Of a stretch of DNA of 64,000 nucleotides, positions 28,514 through 37,857 are shown piece after piece (the stretch's first letter is position 1; every line of letters starts with the position of its first letter). The notes below the pieces were generated by a model, which saw nothing but the letters and a program-made list of their open reading frames with translations, did not search any database and was not told the origin of the DNA. Where the stretch lies: the NCBI GenBank assembly GCA_021295965.1, contig JAGWBI010000001.1, forward strand, positions 11,420 to 75,419, given 5' to 3'. The DNA is from Dehalococcoidia bacterium. Lineage in GTDB: Bacteria; Chloroflexota; Dehalococcoidia; Lucifugimonadales; UBA3495. Made by a program: the position numbers and the translations under genes.

Positions 28514-29608
28514 CTACCCCGTGTCCCCCGTAAGGTCACTGACCCGCGGAGCGACCTCTTCGGCGATCAGCCGCAGGCAGTCCATTTCCCACTGGTGGTC
28601 GTCCGGGTCCTGGGTGATACAGAGCATGTGCCCGAATCCCCCAACCTCGTCATAAAGCTGCCGGATGCGCTGAGCGCACTCATCCGGGTCGCCCACGATC
28701 CAGATGTTCTCCATCATGTATTCAACGGTGAGATCGTCGTCGCTCATGTTAGGGTCAATCTTGGTGGCCTGTATCAGCCCCGAACCGAGGCGGTTGGGCA
28801 GTTGGTGCTGCAGGTAGTTGCGACCCAGCACGGCGTAGGCCCGCTCCCTGGCCTCTTCGCTCGTCTCCCCAACGAACACGTCGCGGCCGATGCGCCAATC
28901 GGAACGGTGCGCCTCGCGTCCAGCCTCAGCGGCGGCGTCCTCGACGGTGGTCCAGTGGTCGGCCAGGTATTGCGGCGCAAGGTTGCTGCTGCTCATGGGA
29001 ATCCAGCCCTCACGGCCGGCCACCCGGATGCTGCTGCTGCCGATGGACGTGGCGGCCACGCCAATCGGCGGATGAGGCTGCTGGAGCGGCTTCATGTGGA
29101 GGCCGCGCTCCAGGACCGGATCCAACTCCGGCGCTTCGATATTGAAGAACTCGCCGTGGTACTCGAACTTGCCCTCCGAAGCCCACATACTGAGCACGAT
29201 GTCCAGCACTTCGGCGGCGCGGCGACGCACGTCGTCCCCCTGGCCCGGGTCCATGCCGAACAACCGTAGGTCGGTGGGAATGGCCCGATGCCCGATGCCC
29301 CAGTACAGCCGCCCCCGCGTCAGGTGGTCCAGCATAGCGATGCGATGCGCCAGTTCCACCGGATTGTGAATGGGCAGCAGCGTGACGCCAGTGGCCAGCC
29401 GGATGTTCTCCGTGATCGCCGACGCCTTGGCGATCAAAAGGTCGGGGTAAGGAGCATTCTCCCAACGCTCGGTGAGATGCTCGCCGATCCAGGCTTCGTG
29501 GAACCCCAGCCGGTCGGCTTCCTGCAGCAGATCCAAGTCGCGGTCATAGGAATCGGCATAAGAACGGTGCGGCGGATGCAGGGGCATCATAAACAGGCCG
29601 AATTGCAT
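28514..29608 (-). CDS. LLM-class flavin-dependent oxidoreductase
   Basis: MQFGLFMMPLHPP...GFHEAWIGEHL luciferase-like N-terminus. Confidence 0.85.
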   Translation of the reverse strand: MQFGLFMMPLHPPHRSYADSYDRDLDLLQEADRLGFHEAWIGEHLTERWENAPYPDLLIAKASAITENIRLATGVTLLPIHNPVELAHRIAMLDHLTRGRLYWGIGHRAIPTDLRLFGMDPGQGDDVRRRAAEVLDIVLSMWASEGKFEYHGEFFNIEAPELDPVLERGLHMKPLQQPHPPIGVAATSIGSSSIRVAGREGWIPMSSSNLAPQYLADHWTTVEDAAAEAGREAHRSDWRIGRDVFVGETSEEARERAYAVLGRNYLQHQLPNRLGSGLIQATKIDPNMSDDDLTVEYMMENIWIVGDPDECAQRIRQLYDEVGGFGHMLCITQDPDDHQWEMDCLRLIAEEVAPRVSDLTGDTG

Positions 29609-29675
29609 GATGGTACTCCTCGCGGCGGTTGCCTGGGGTCAGCATATCGTAGCGGCGAGATGGCGGCAACAGTGG

Positions 29676-30179
29676 CTACGGCAAGCGGGTGATTCGGTAG
29701 TCAGGAAAGTATCTGTTCCACGCAGCGATGTTGAACACTCCACAACCGTCGACGAGTGACCGCGTCCAAAGAACCGAACTCGGCAGGCGCAGCGGGAGTA
29801 TGCGCTCCAAAGCCGTGGCTCGGCGCGCCATGTCGCCAGGGCCCAAATCGTTCTGCGCAATTAACACCAAATAATAGATGGACTTGTCCGCTCGTCCGGC
29901 TGCCCACTCGTATAGCAAAGTATCACGGTACTTGTACTTGAAATCTTCGTCACGGCGACCTTCTGCCAGGCTCTCTACGAATTCGACCCGCTCTTGAGGC
30001 GGGATGTAAGGAGCATCTGGGTCCTTGAACTCAACGAACAAATAGCGGTCAGGCAGTTCTATGATGAAATCCACCGCCTTCATGCAATGACTCAAGCCGT
30101 GGTCGTCATCATCAAACTTACGGATATTGACTGCACCGTTGACGGTGATTTGCAAATTGCCTTCCGTAAAAACCGTCAT
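29676..30179 (-). CDS. Hypothetical 167-aa protein, possible PD-(D/E)xK nuclease fold; partner of the upstream ATPase
   Basis: ATGA start/stop overlap with the ATPase gene. AVDFIIELPDRYLFVEFKD gives a D ... E-x-K spacing of 13 residues compatible with a restriction-endonuclease-like core. The fold call is inference only. Confidence 0.5.
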   Translation of the reverse strand: MTVFTEGNLQITVNGAVNIRKFDDDDHGLSHCMKAVDFIIELPDRYLFVEFKDPDAPYIPPQERVEFVESLAEGRRDEDFKYKYRDTLLYEWAAGRADKSIYYLVLIAQNDLGPGDMARRATALERILPLRLPSSVLWTRSLVDGCGVFNIAAWNRYFPDYRITRLP

Positions 30180-31183
30180 TCTATGAGACCTCTCAAACTG
30201 CGCCTAAGTTGCCGGTCATAGAGGTCGTCAAACGCTTCGTCAATCGCGTTGGGGTGAATGTCCAGATAGCGGTTTACTGTATGGCACGCGATTTCGCCGG
30301 TTTCATCCCGGAAAAGTGAATGGAACGCCACCTGATCTTTCTCCGTCATCTGCAGGTCAAGCTCCTTGAGGATGACGTAATCATGCGTCGCGAAGAAAAC
30401 CTGCACCCCGGCCCGCTGCAACTCCAGCAGGACGCCAATCACTACGCGGAACATCTTGGGGTTCAGGTTTGCCTCCGGCTCATCCCAGAACAGCACGGAG
30501 CCATTCTGCAAGGTCCCGTTCCGGATGAGCAGCCAAAGCAAACCCAGCTTGCGCCATCCTTCCGCAAGCAGTGTGAACTCCAGGTCTCCCTGCTCATTGA
30601 TCAGAAAGAATTCTTCACCGCTAACCGTAACCTTTCCGCCAATAACGCTTTCCAAGCGATCCAGCATTTGTCGGTGGGCGTCATCAATGGGTTCACGCAA
30701 AGCGGGAAGGTTTGCCTTGAGCAGGATGTCTCGATATACCTCTTCGAAATGAACCTCGCGAGCTTCGTATAGGGACAGAAAACCCGGAGCATTCGCCAAC
30801 ATCTCTTTTACTGGAATATACGCCGATTCCACCGCCTGGTCTGGCCATTCTCCCGGGACGATCGTCCAGTTTGCACCCCTACTTCCGAAGGAGGTCGCAA
30901 ATCTCGACGGGCCAATGTGTACCTCTAGCTTCCCACCAGATTCTTCATATCTTTGGCGGACTAATCGTCCGCTCGCGCGACCGGACGGGAGAAATACTCG
31001 GACCAATTTTTCTGAGAGGCCGTTGCCGGTTTTGATCACATCGCACACGGCATAGCAAACCTTCATCAGGTGCGTCTTCCCCGTCCCGTTCCCGCCAACC
31101 AGCGCGTTGATTCCGGGCGAAAACTCCACCTCCAAGTCCTTGAAGGCGGTGAAACGCTCCAGTTTTATCTTGGTGACAGGCAT
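30176..31183 (-). CDS. ABC-type / AAA_15-AAA_21-like ATPase (SMC/RecF-related, no transmembrane partner)
   Basis: KIKLERFTAFKDLEVEFSPGINALVGGNGTGKTH (Walker A), LAEGWRKLGLLWLL (signature-like), SVLFWDEPEANLNP (Walker B), FFATHD (H-loop). Confidence 0.8.
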   Translation of the reverse strand: MPVTKIKLERFTAFKDLEVEFSPGINALVGGNGTGKTHLMKVCYAVCDVIKTGNGLSEKLVRVFLPSGRASGRLVRQRYEESGGKLEVHIGPSRFATSFGSRGANWTIVPGEWPDQAVESAYIPVKEMLANAPGFLSLYEAREVHFEEVYRDILLKANLPALREPIDDAHRQMLDRLESVIGGKVTVSGEEFFLINEQGDLEFTLLAEGWRKLGLLWLLIRNGTLQNGSVLFWDEPEANLNPKMFRVVIGVLLELQRAGVQVFFATHDYVILKELDLQMTEKDQVAFHSLFRDETGEIACHTVNRYLDIHPNAIDEAFDDLYDRQLRRSLRGLIE

Positions 31184-31310
31184 ATCTCTTCACTCTTGGA
31201 TGTTGCGCTTGGTGACCGGCCGTCAACGGCTTGGCTCCCGTCCAGGGCCACGGGTTTGGCCCATTGCCGCCGTGTATAATCGTACCACCATCTGAAAATA
31301 GGCACAGATT

Positions 31311-32138
31311 ATGCCCCTCTTCAAACGCAAACCCGGTATCGCCGTCATCGAGATGCACGGCGTCATCGGCGCGGCCATCCGCGAGCCCGAGTATTCGCGT
31401 CTGCTGGAGCGCGTTGGGAATAATCGCAAGGTCGGCGCGCTGGTGCTGGACATCGACTCGCCCGGGGGCTCTGCCACCGCCAGTGACCTGCTGTATGAGA
31501 ATGTGCGGCGCGTCGCCCGCACAAAGCCCGTGGTGGCTTATGTGCGGGGCCTTGGCGCATCGGGCGGCTACTACATCGCTTGCGGCGCCGGCACCATCAT
31601 GGCGTCGCGTTCAGCCCTGCTGGGTTCTATCGGGGTCATCTATCTGCGCCCCATCCTGCAGCAACTGTTCGGCAAAGTGGGCATCGAGTTTTCGATCTTC
31701 AAGGCCGGGCGTCTCAAGGATATGTCGGGTTTCTGGCGCATGCCCACCGACGAAGAGGCCGAAAAGTTTCAGGGACTGATTGGCAAGATGTACGACCTAT
31801 TCGTTTCGGTGGTCACCGATAGCCGTCGCCTGACGGACGAGAAGGTTCGAGAGTTGGCGACCGGAGAGGTGTACACCGCGCCCGAGGCCCAGGAGCTCGG
31901 ACTGATCGACCGGCAGGGAGGATTCGACGAGGCCATAGCCGAGGCAATGCGGCAGAGCGGAGCCCGCCGCAAGATCAGGCACTATCGACCCAGGCGTCCC
32001 CTGATGAGCCGGCTTGGCGTTGGTCGAACCTCGCGGAGTTGGACCAGCGTCAACATGTTGGCAGGTTTACTGGCCGGCGGGATCTACTTTATAGAACCCG
32101 GTTTCCTCGGCGCCGGCTGGCCCCAAGACGATCAGTAG
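31311..32138 (+). CDS. sppA: Signal peptide peptidase SppA (S49 family, 36K type)
   Basis: LDIDSPGGSATASD and GASGGYYIACGA catalytic Ser context. Confidence 0.85.
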   Translation: MPLFKRKPGIAVIEMHGVIGAAIREPEYSRLLERVGNNRKVGALVLDIDSPGGSATASDLLYENVRRVARTKPVVAYVRGLGASGGYYIACGAGTIMASRSALLGSIGVIYLRPILQQLFGKVGIEFSIFKAGRLKDMSGFWRMPTDEEAEKFQGLIGKMYDLFVSVVTDSRRLTDEKVRELATGEVYTAPEAQELGLIDRQGGFDEAIAEAMRQSGARRKIRHYRPRRPLMSRLGVGRTSRSWTSVNMLAGLLAGGIYFIEPGFLGAGWPQDDQ

Positions 32139-32968
32139 GCCTCTGAGCGGTCACGCGCCTTGGCCTCCTGCCACAACGCCTCCTTGTCATCCAGGGGCAG
32201 TGCGGTGAAATCCAGGCCCCGTTCCGTCGCCAGGCGTTCCATCATCCGATAACGGTTGCGGAACTTGTTGTTGGCCTGCCGCAGCGCGTCCTCAGCCTGG
32301 ATGCCCGACCACCGCGCCAGGTTCACGATGGCGAACAAAATGTCGCCGAACTCGTCGGCCCGTTCCTCCGGGGTCGCGGCGGCGCGAAACTCTCCGATTT
32401 CCTCGACCAACTTGTCCAGGACGCCACCGGCGTCGTCCCAGTCGAAACCAAACCGGGCGGCCCGGTCCTGTATCAACTGCGCCGCGGTGAGGGCGGGCAA
32501 CGCCGCCGGCACGCTGTCCATGGCGGACGGTTCAGGTTTTCCCGCCTGCCGACGTTCCTCGGCTTTCAGCTGCTCCCAATTCCGCTCGACTTGCCGGGCA
32601 TCGGAGGCGTTGCCGTCGGCGAAGACGTGCGGATGCCGGCGGACCAGCTTGCGGTTGATGGCGGTCAGCACGTCGGCAATGTCAAACTCGCCGGCAGCGC
32701 GGGCTATGTCGGCGTGGAACGCCACCTGCACCAGGATGTCGCCCAATTCTTCTGCCAGTTCCAACGGTTGTCCACCATCGATCGCTTCCAGTGTTTCGTA
32801 ACACTCTTCCAGCAGGTTGCGCTTCAGCGATTCGTGGGTCTGTTCGGCGTCCCACGGGCAGCCGCCAGACCCCCGGAGACGGGCCACGATGTCGATGAGC
32901 GACTGGAACTCACCGATACGCTCTTCCGGTATGGGAGGATTGGATGCAGACGTGTTTGTTTCGCTCAT
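32132..32968 (-). CDS. mazG: Nucleoside triphosphate pyrophosphohydrolase MazG
   Basis: GCPWDAEQTHESLKRNLLEECYE...EELGDILVQV plus a second EFGDILFAIVNLAR repeat. The 3' end overlaps the sppA stop by 7 nt (convergent). Confidence 0.85.
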   Translation of the reverse strand: MSETNTSASNPPIPEERIGEFQSLIDIVARLRGSGGCPWDAEQTHESLKRNLLEECYETLEAIDGGQPLELAEELGDILVQVAFHADIARAAGEFDIADVLTAINRKLVRRHPHVFADGNASDARQVERNWEQLKAEERRQAGKPEPSAMDSVPAALPALTAAQLIQDRAARFGFDWDDAGGVLDKLVEEIGEFRAAATPEERADEFGDILFAIVNLARWSGIQAEDALRQANNKFRNRYRMMERLATERGLDFTALPLDDKEALWQEAKARDRSEAY

Positions 32969-33030
32969 GATGCGGCAATATACCACAGCCCATTGCTCCA
33001 GCCACCGCCCGATGCTACGGTGTTGACCGT

Positions 33031-33804
33031 ATGAACTGGCAAACGTTCCTCATCGGCTCGGCCCGGGGTTACCTAAAAGTAGCAACCCCACTCGCGGTCC
33101 CCGCCGTACTCCTGTTCCTCGTTGCCGGGTCGGTGGCCTGGGCGGTTAACGACCCCGGCCTCTACCGCAACGGTTTCCAGCGTTATCACGTCGCCGCCCG
33201 TTCCGGCATCACCGACGCGGACTTGGTGGATATCGGCGCCGAACTGCGTCGCTATTTCAACAGTGGAATGGAGCCATTAGCGATACGCGCCCCAATTTAC
33301 GGGGTCGAGCAGGAGCTGTTCAACCAGCGCGAGATCGCCCATATGCTTGACGTGAAGCGTCTGGTGCGTGGAGTATATTGGGTGGCCGTTGGCTCGGCCC
33401 TCTGGATACTCGTCACGATCGCGGCTCACGTCACTTTACGTCGAGATACATGGCCGGGTGCGCCGGCCAGACTGGCCGTCTGGGGCGGTGTCGTCACACT
33501 GGCCGCCGTATTCGGAGTTGGATTAGCGGCAGTAGCCAACTTTGAACGGATATTCCTGCTGTTTCACCAGCTCAGTTTCGCCAACGACCTGTGGATCCTG
33601 GACCCACGTACCGACTACCTGCTCATCCTGTTCCCAGCGGGATTCTGGTTCGACGCCACCATGCGCGTCGCCCTGACCTCGGTGCTGGGCGCCTTGCTAC
33701 TCACTTCGGTGGGCGGTTCCATCCTGGCGTATCTGCGGTGGCGGTCATACCGGCGAGACTCCGCCGTTCAACCGTCAGGCGATCCACAACCCGGGCCGGG
33801 TTAA
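33031..33804 (+). CDS. Integral membrane protein (TIGR01906/DUF1461-like)
   Basis: About four hydrophobic segments and EIAHMLDVKRL...HQLSFANDLW resemble the family. Assigned from memory only. Confidence 0.45.
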   Translation: MNWQTFLIGSARGYLKVATPLAVPAVLLFLVAGSVAWAVNDPGLYRNGFQRYHVAARSGITDADLVDIGAELRRYFNSGMEPLAIRAPIYGVEQELFNQREIAHMLDVKRLVRGVYWVAVGSALWILVTIAAHVTLRRDTWPGAPARLAVWGGVVTLAAVFGVGLAAVANFERIFLLFHQLSFANDLWILDPRTDYLLILFPAGFWFDATMRVALTSVLGALLLTSVGGSILAYLRWRSYRRDSAVQPSGDPQPGPG

Positions 33805-33813
33805 ATGCTAAGA

Positions 33814-33832
33814 GGCGGGTCCAGGACCCGCC
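33814..33832. terminator. GC-rich hairpin GGCGGGTCC-A-GGACCCGCC between convergent genes
   Basis: Perfect palindrome read directly. It shares the TAAGAGG(G)CGGGTC...GACCCGCCCC context with the 28464 hairpin. Confidence 0.3.
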
Positions 33833-33866
33833 CCAATATCGACGTTGGGTGACCGAATAACGGAGA

Positions 33867-34106
33867 TCAGTGACCGCAGCCGCAGAAACCGCCGCAACCT
33901 CCGCCCATGGGCGACGGCATCGGCGCACCACCGAGGTCGGCCATTTCGCTGGCGAACCCGTCGCCCTTGCTAACGGCGGCGAACACGGAAATGGCTCGCT
34001 TGGCGGGCTGTTCGCAGTGCGGGCAATCGGCGCCGGTAGCCGACATTGACTGCAATTTCTCGAATTTGTGACCGCAGGTCGGACACGAGTATTCATAGAT
34101 AGGCAT
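33867..34106 (-). CDS. FmdB-family zinc-ribbon protein (CxxC_CxxC_SSSS)
   Basis: MPIYEYSCPTCGHKFE...CPHCEQPAKR with a Gly/Cys-rich tail. Confidence 0.8.
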   Translation of the reverse strand: MPIYEYSCPTCGHKFEKLQSMSATGADCPHCEQPAKRAISVFAAVSKGDGFASEMADLGGAPMPSPMGGGCGGFCGCGH

Positions 34107-34205
34107 ACTGGACTCCCCAGGTTGATGATATGCCGACTATACCTTTCGGGCGCATCACCGTCAAGGCAACACATCGGCTGCGAGCTGCCGTGCTAAAATC
34201 CTGCT

Positions 34206-34799
34206 ATGGTCAACAACCAGGTTACACAACGGGTGGGCGAGGTCATGGTGTCGCACACCCAGCGGATTGAAGCACAGTGTTACCGACTGCACGCGGCGCC
34301 GCCTTTGGGAGCGCTGTTGCGCGTTGGCGAGTCGCCCGTATATGCCGTGGTCCGCGAAATCTGGCATGAGCCCCTGGACCCGACCCGCCCGCTGGCGCCC
34401 CGGGGGGAAACCCTGGAGTCCGAAGACGAAATATACGCCGCCAACCCGCAGTTGAGCGCCATGCTGACCACCAGGTTCGCGGCGGTAGTGGTGGGATATG
34501 GCGATGGAACGGACCTGCGACCGGGCCTGCCGGATCAGCCTCCGGGCCTGCACTCGTTTGTATCCCTTTGCGACCTTGGCGAGTTGGCACGTTTCGCCTC
34601 CGACCTGCGATGGCTTCGGCTGATGCTGGCCGACCGCACGCCGGTCGGCGACACGGCCCTGTCCTTATTCCTGCGCCGGGCCGCGGACTCCGTTGACGAC
34701 CGGCGAGGTTTTTTGAAACGGGCCGGGCAGGCACTGGTTGCGGAATTGTTTAGCGAACCCCTGCGGATGCAGGCGTTGCTGAGGGAAGTGTTAGCTTGA
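34206..34799 (+). CDS. Hypothetical protein with HAS-barrel-like N-terminus, coupled to the HerA-like ATPase
   Basis: GEVMVSHTQRIEAQCYRLHAAPPLGALLRVGESPVYAVVREI resembles the HerA N-terminal barrel. The stop overlaps the TTG start of the next gene (TTGA). Confidence 0.45.
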   Translation: MVNNQVTQRVGEVMVSHTQRIEAQCYRLHAAPPLGALLRVGESPVYAVVREIWHEPLDPTRPLAPRGETLESEDEIYAANPQLSAMLTTRFAAVVVGYGDGTDLRPGLPDQPPGLHSFVSLCDLGELARFASDLRWLRLMLADRTPVGDTALSLFLRRAADSVDDRRGFLKRAGQALVAELFSEPLRMQALLREVLA

Positions 34800-36487
34800 C
34801 CCTGAACGGCGAAGGAGCCAACGGTTATTTCTCCCCCGGCCAGCGCCGGCTCGGGTTGGTCGTTGGCGGCTCGTTGTCCCGCGGGTTGGATGTACGCCTG
34901 GATACAGCGAACGGAGCATCCCTGGAGGATATCGCCGTCGGTTCGTTCGTGACGGTCCAGGGTCGGCGGAAGCGGTACTTTGCCGTGGTGACCGATCTGG
35001 AGCTGCGGGCGGTGGATGATAGCGTGCGTCATTTTCCGCCGGACACGCGAGACGGCTACCTCGCCGAGGTAATGGCCGGTACCATGGCTTACGGCCAGCT
35101 GTCGGTGATGCCCAGCATGACGGCCGGCCTGGATGACTCCGGCACAAACGTTGCCGAGCAGGCCAAGTCTATACCGGAACACTTCGCCCCCGTCTTCGCA
35201 GCGTCCCAGGCCGACATTGACGCCGTGTTCAACGCGGAGAGGAGCAGCGCATTCGCGCTGGGTTCGCCGCAGGGGATGGACGCAGCCTCCATTCGGCTGG
35301 ATCTGGGGACATTGGCCAGCCGGTCGGTGGGCGTGTTCGGCGCATCGGGTTCGGGAAAGACGTTCCTGGCGCGGATGTTGCTGGCCGGGCTGGTGAAACA
35401 GGGCCAGACGGTGTCGCTGGTGTTCGACATGGAAAGCGAATATGGCTGGCAGGGACAGGACAACGACCGCCGCCGACAGGTAAAAGGATTGAAACAACTC
35501 TTCCCCAGCCGTGTGGTCACCTTCACGCTGGACGAGGCGAGCAGCCGGCGAAGGGGAGTTACGCCTGACGGCGTGGTGCGCATCGGTTACGACGAAGTGG
35601 AGCCGTCTGACATCGAGATCCTGCGTGAATCAATGCAGTTATCGGAGGTGGCGACGGCGGCGGCTTGGAACCTGAAGCAACGGTTCGGAGACGGTTGGTT
35701 GAAAGAATTTCTGGCACACTCCGGCGCCGATTTGGGAGATTTGGCACGGGAGATCGGCGTCAACCAGGCGGCGTTGGGCGCGCTGCATAATCGTTTAAAC
35801 CGTTGGAGCCGTTTCGGTTTCCTGGTTGATCGAGGTGAAGGCGCTGCCAGCGCCGGCGGCATCATCGAGCAGTTGGAGCGCGGCAACCACGTGGTGCTGG
35901 AGTTCGGCCAATACGGACGCGACACATCGGCGTACGTGCTGGTGAGCAACCTGCTGACCCGGCGCATACATGATACCTGGGTGCGCCGCAAGGAACTGGC
36001 CGACGGCGGCCAGGGAGACGAACCGCGTCCGCTGGTGATATTCGTCGAAGAGGCCCACAAGTTCCTGACGACGGACATCGCATCCCAGACCATTTTCGGC
36101 TCCATCGCCCGCGAACTGCGCAAGTACAACGTCACGCTGATGATCGTTGACCAACGACCCAGCGGCATCGACTCCGAGGTGATGAGCCAGCTGGGAACCC
36201 GCCTGTCCTGCGCCTTGAACGACGACCGGGATATGAACGCCGTGCTGATGGGCGCCCGTGACGCCGGCCAGCTTCGCAATGTGCTGGCCCGACTGGACAG
36301 CAAGCAGCAGGCGCTGGTGTTCGGCCACGCCGTGCCGATGCCCGTGGTGGTCCGGCCCCGGGACTACGACGAAACCTTTTATGCAGATATGGCCGTGACC
36401 GCCGAGGTAGCCGGAGTAGCCGCGTTGGGCGAAACCGATACGGAGCGGATGCAGCGGGAAATCGACGAGCTGTTTCCACCGGAGTAA
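34796..36487 (+). CDS. HerA/FtsK-like ATPase (DUF87 family)
   Basis: N-terminal HAS barrel (VGSFVTVQGRRKRYFAVVTDLEL), Walker A GASGSGKTF, Walker B LVIFVEEAHKFL, and MIVDQRPSGIDSEVMSQLGTRL. Confidence 0.75.
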   Translation: MTLNGEGANGYFSPGQRRLGLVVGGSLSRGLDVRLDTANGASLEDIAVGSFVTVQGRRKRYFAVVTDLELRAVDDSVRHFPPDTRDGYLAEVMAGTMAYGQLSVMPSMTAGLDDSGTNVAEQAKSIPEHFAPVFAASQADIDAVFNAERSSAFALGSPQGMDAASIRLDLGTLASRSVGVFGASGSGKTFLARMLLAGLVKQGQTVSLVFDMESEYGWQGQDNDRRRQVKGLKQLFPSRVVTFTLDEASSRRRGVTPDGVVRIGYDEVEPSDIEILRESMQLSEVATAAAWNLKQRFGDGWLKEFLAHSGADLGDLAREIGVNQAALGALHNRLNRWSRFGFLVDRGEGAASAGGIIEQLERGNHVVLEFGQYGRDTSAYVLVSNLLTRRIHDTWVRRKELADGGQGDEPRPLVIFVEEAHKFLTTDIASQTIFGSIARELRKYNVTLMIVDQRPSGIDSEVMSQLGTRLSCALNDDRDMNAVLMGARDAGQLRNVLARLDSKQQALVFGHAVPMPVVVRPRDYDETFYADMAVTAEVAGVAALGETDTERMQREIDELFPPE

Positions 36488-36528
36488 TCGAAGGGGATCG
36501 TCGAGCCGCGTTCGCAAATCAGGGGAGG

Positions 36529-37380
36529 ATGCTCAGAATGAGGGTTGTCGAAACGTGCGCGGAGATGATGGCGGCGTGCCGGCAGGCGGCCCGTCCGCTG
36601 GGTTTGGTCCCGACCATGGGGGCGCTGCATGAGGGGCATCTTTCGCTGACGCGGCAGGCGCGGGCGGACAACGTGACCATGGCCGCCTCTATATTCGTCA
36701 ATCCCACCCAGTTCGGCCCCAACGAGGATTTCGCCCGCTACCCCCGCAGCCTGGAACGCGATCTGGAACTGCTGGAGACGGAAGGAACCGACCTGGTATT
36801 CGTTCCACCGCCCGACGAGGTTTATCCCGAAGGCTTCGACACCTGGATAGAGCCGGGCGCAGTGGCGGAAGGCATGGAAGGCGCGGCCCGTCCCGGGCAT
36901 TTTCGCGGGGTGGCCACGGTGGTCGCCAAACTGTTCACCATCACCCGCCCGGAACTGGCCTACTTCGGCCAGAAAGACGGCCAACAGGTGGCAGTAATCC
37001 GCAAGATGAACCATGACCTCAATCTGGGCGTGGAGATCGTCACCATGCCCACCATCCGAGAACCCGACGGCCTGGCCCTCAGCAGCCGCAACGCCTACCT
37101 GACCCCGGAGCAGCGCGAAGCCGCGCCGGCTGTGTACCGCGCACTATGCGCGGCAGAGGATGTTTGGCGCCGGGGCGAAAGGGACGCGGCGCGGGTCCAG
37201 CGGGCTGCCTACAACATCTTGGAACGCGAGACCTTGGTGGATGCCGTGGACTACGTCAGCGTAGTAGATGCCGACAGCATGCGACCGGTCGAAACCGTGC
37301 AGAACGACCTGGAGCTGATGATTGCTACAGCGGTGCGCCTGGGGTCGGTGCGGTTGATTGACAACGTGGTGCTAGGTTGA
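36529..37380 (+). CDS. panC: Pantoate--beta-alanine ligase
   Basis: LVPTMGALHEGHLSL and FVNPTQFGPNEDF motifs. Confidence 0.9.
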   Translation: MLRMRVVETCAEMMAACRQAARPLGLVPTMGALHEGHLSLTRQARADNVTMAASIFVNPTQFGPNEDFARYPRSLERDLELLETEGTDLVFVPPPDEVYPEGFDTWIEPGAVAEGMEGAARPGHFRGVATVVAKLFTITRPELAYFGQKDGQQVAVIRKMNHDLNLGVEIVTMPTIREPDGLALSSRNAYLTPEQREAAPAVYRALCAAEDVWRRGERDAARVQRAAYNILERETLVDAVDYVSVVDADSMRPVETVQNDLELMIATAVRLGSVRLIDNVVLG

Positions 37381-37419
37381 GGCGTTATTGCTGGTTGCCG
37401 AACCCTCACGCACTCTAAA

Positions 37420-37857
37420 CTATTCGGATTCCTCGGTATCTAGCACCTGAACTACGGGGTCCCCTATGGTGACGTAACTGTTTTCTTCATCCATTTGGTC
37501 GCCCAGTTCTTCAAAAGACTCTCTAACCCGGAGCGTTTCGCGACGCGTTTCCCATTTCGGAGGCTGGAACAGAGCAGAAAATGTCGTCCCTGTTCCCCCA
37601 ACGTTGACGCGCATGGTTCGGTAGGTTGATGCGACAGATACTTTATCGCTAACGCGCGTGATCTTAACACGCGTTTTAGGCAACTCAACAGGTCCTAATT
37701 CTTCGCCCGTGTCCGGATCGGTCACCCCAACCTCAAACAATATATCGAACAGCATTCCAGTTTCTACACCTTGGATTTTGCCGATGTTCAAGGCAACTTC
37801 ACGTGACGTTAGTATTTTTGCGATTTTTCCACGTATGGGCTCCGTGCGTATTGCCAT
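37420..37857 (-). CDS. Hypothetical protein (146 aa from MAIRTEPIRGK)
   Basis: ATG at 37857 is preceded by GGGGAG. Sits in AT-shifted DNA. I recognise no family. Confidence 0.45.
   Translation of the reverse strand: MAIRTEPIRGKIAKILTSREVALNIGKIQGVETGMLFDILFEVGVTDPDTGEELGPVELPKTRVKITRVSDKVSVASTYRTMRVNVGGTGTTFSALFQPPKWETRRETLRVRESFEELGDQMDEENSYVTIGDPVVQVLDTEESE

Noticed and set aside
29676-30179. TOPRIM reading of the 167-aa ATPase partner (VFTEG followed by FDDDDHG), which would make the pair PARIS- or OLD-like.
   Set aside because: The Glu and the acidic cluster are only about 17 residues apart, much closer than in TOPRIM/DUF4435 domains. The D...E-x-K pattern fits better. Neither reading can be settled without a profile or structure search.
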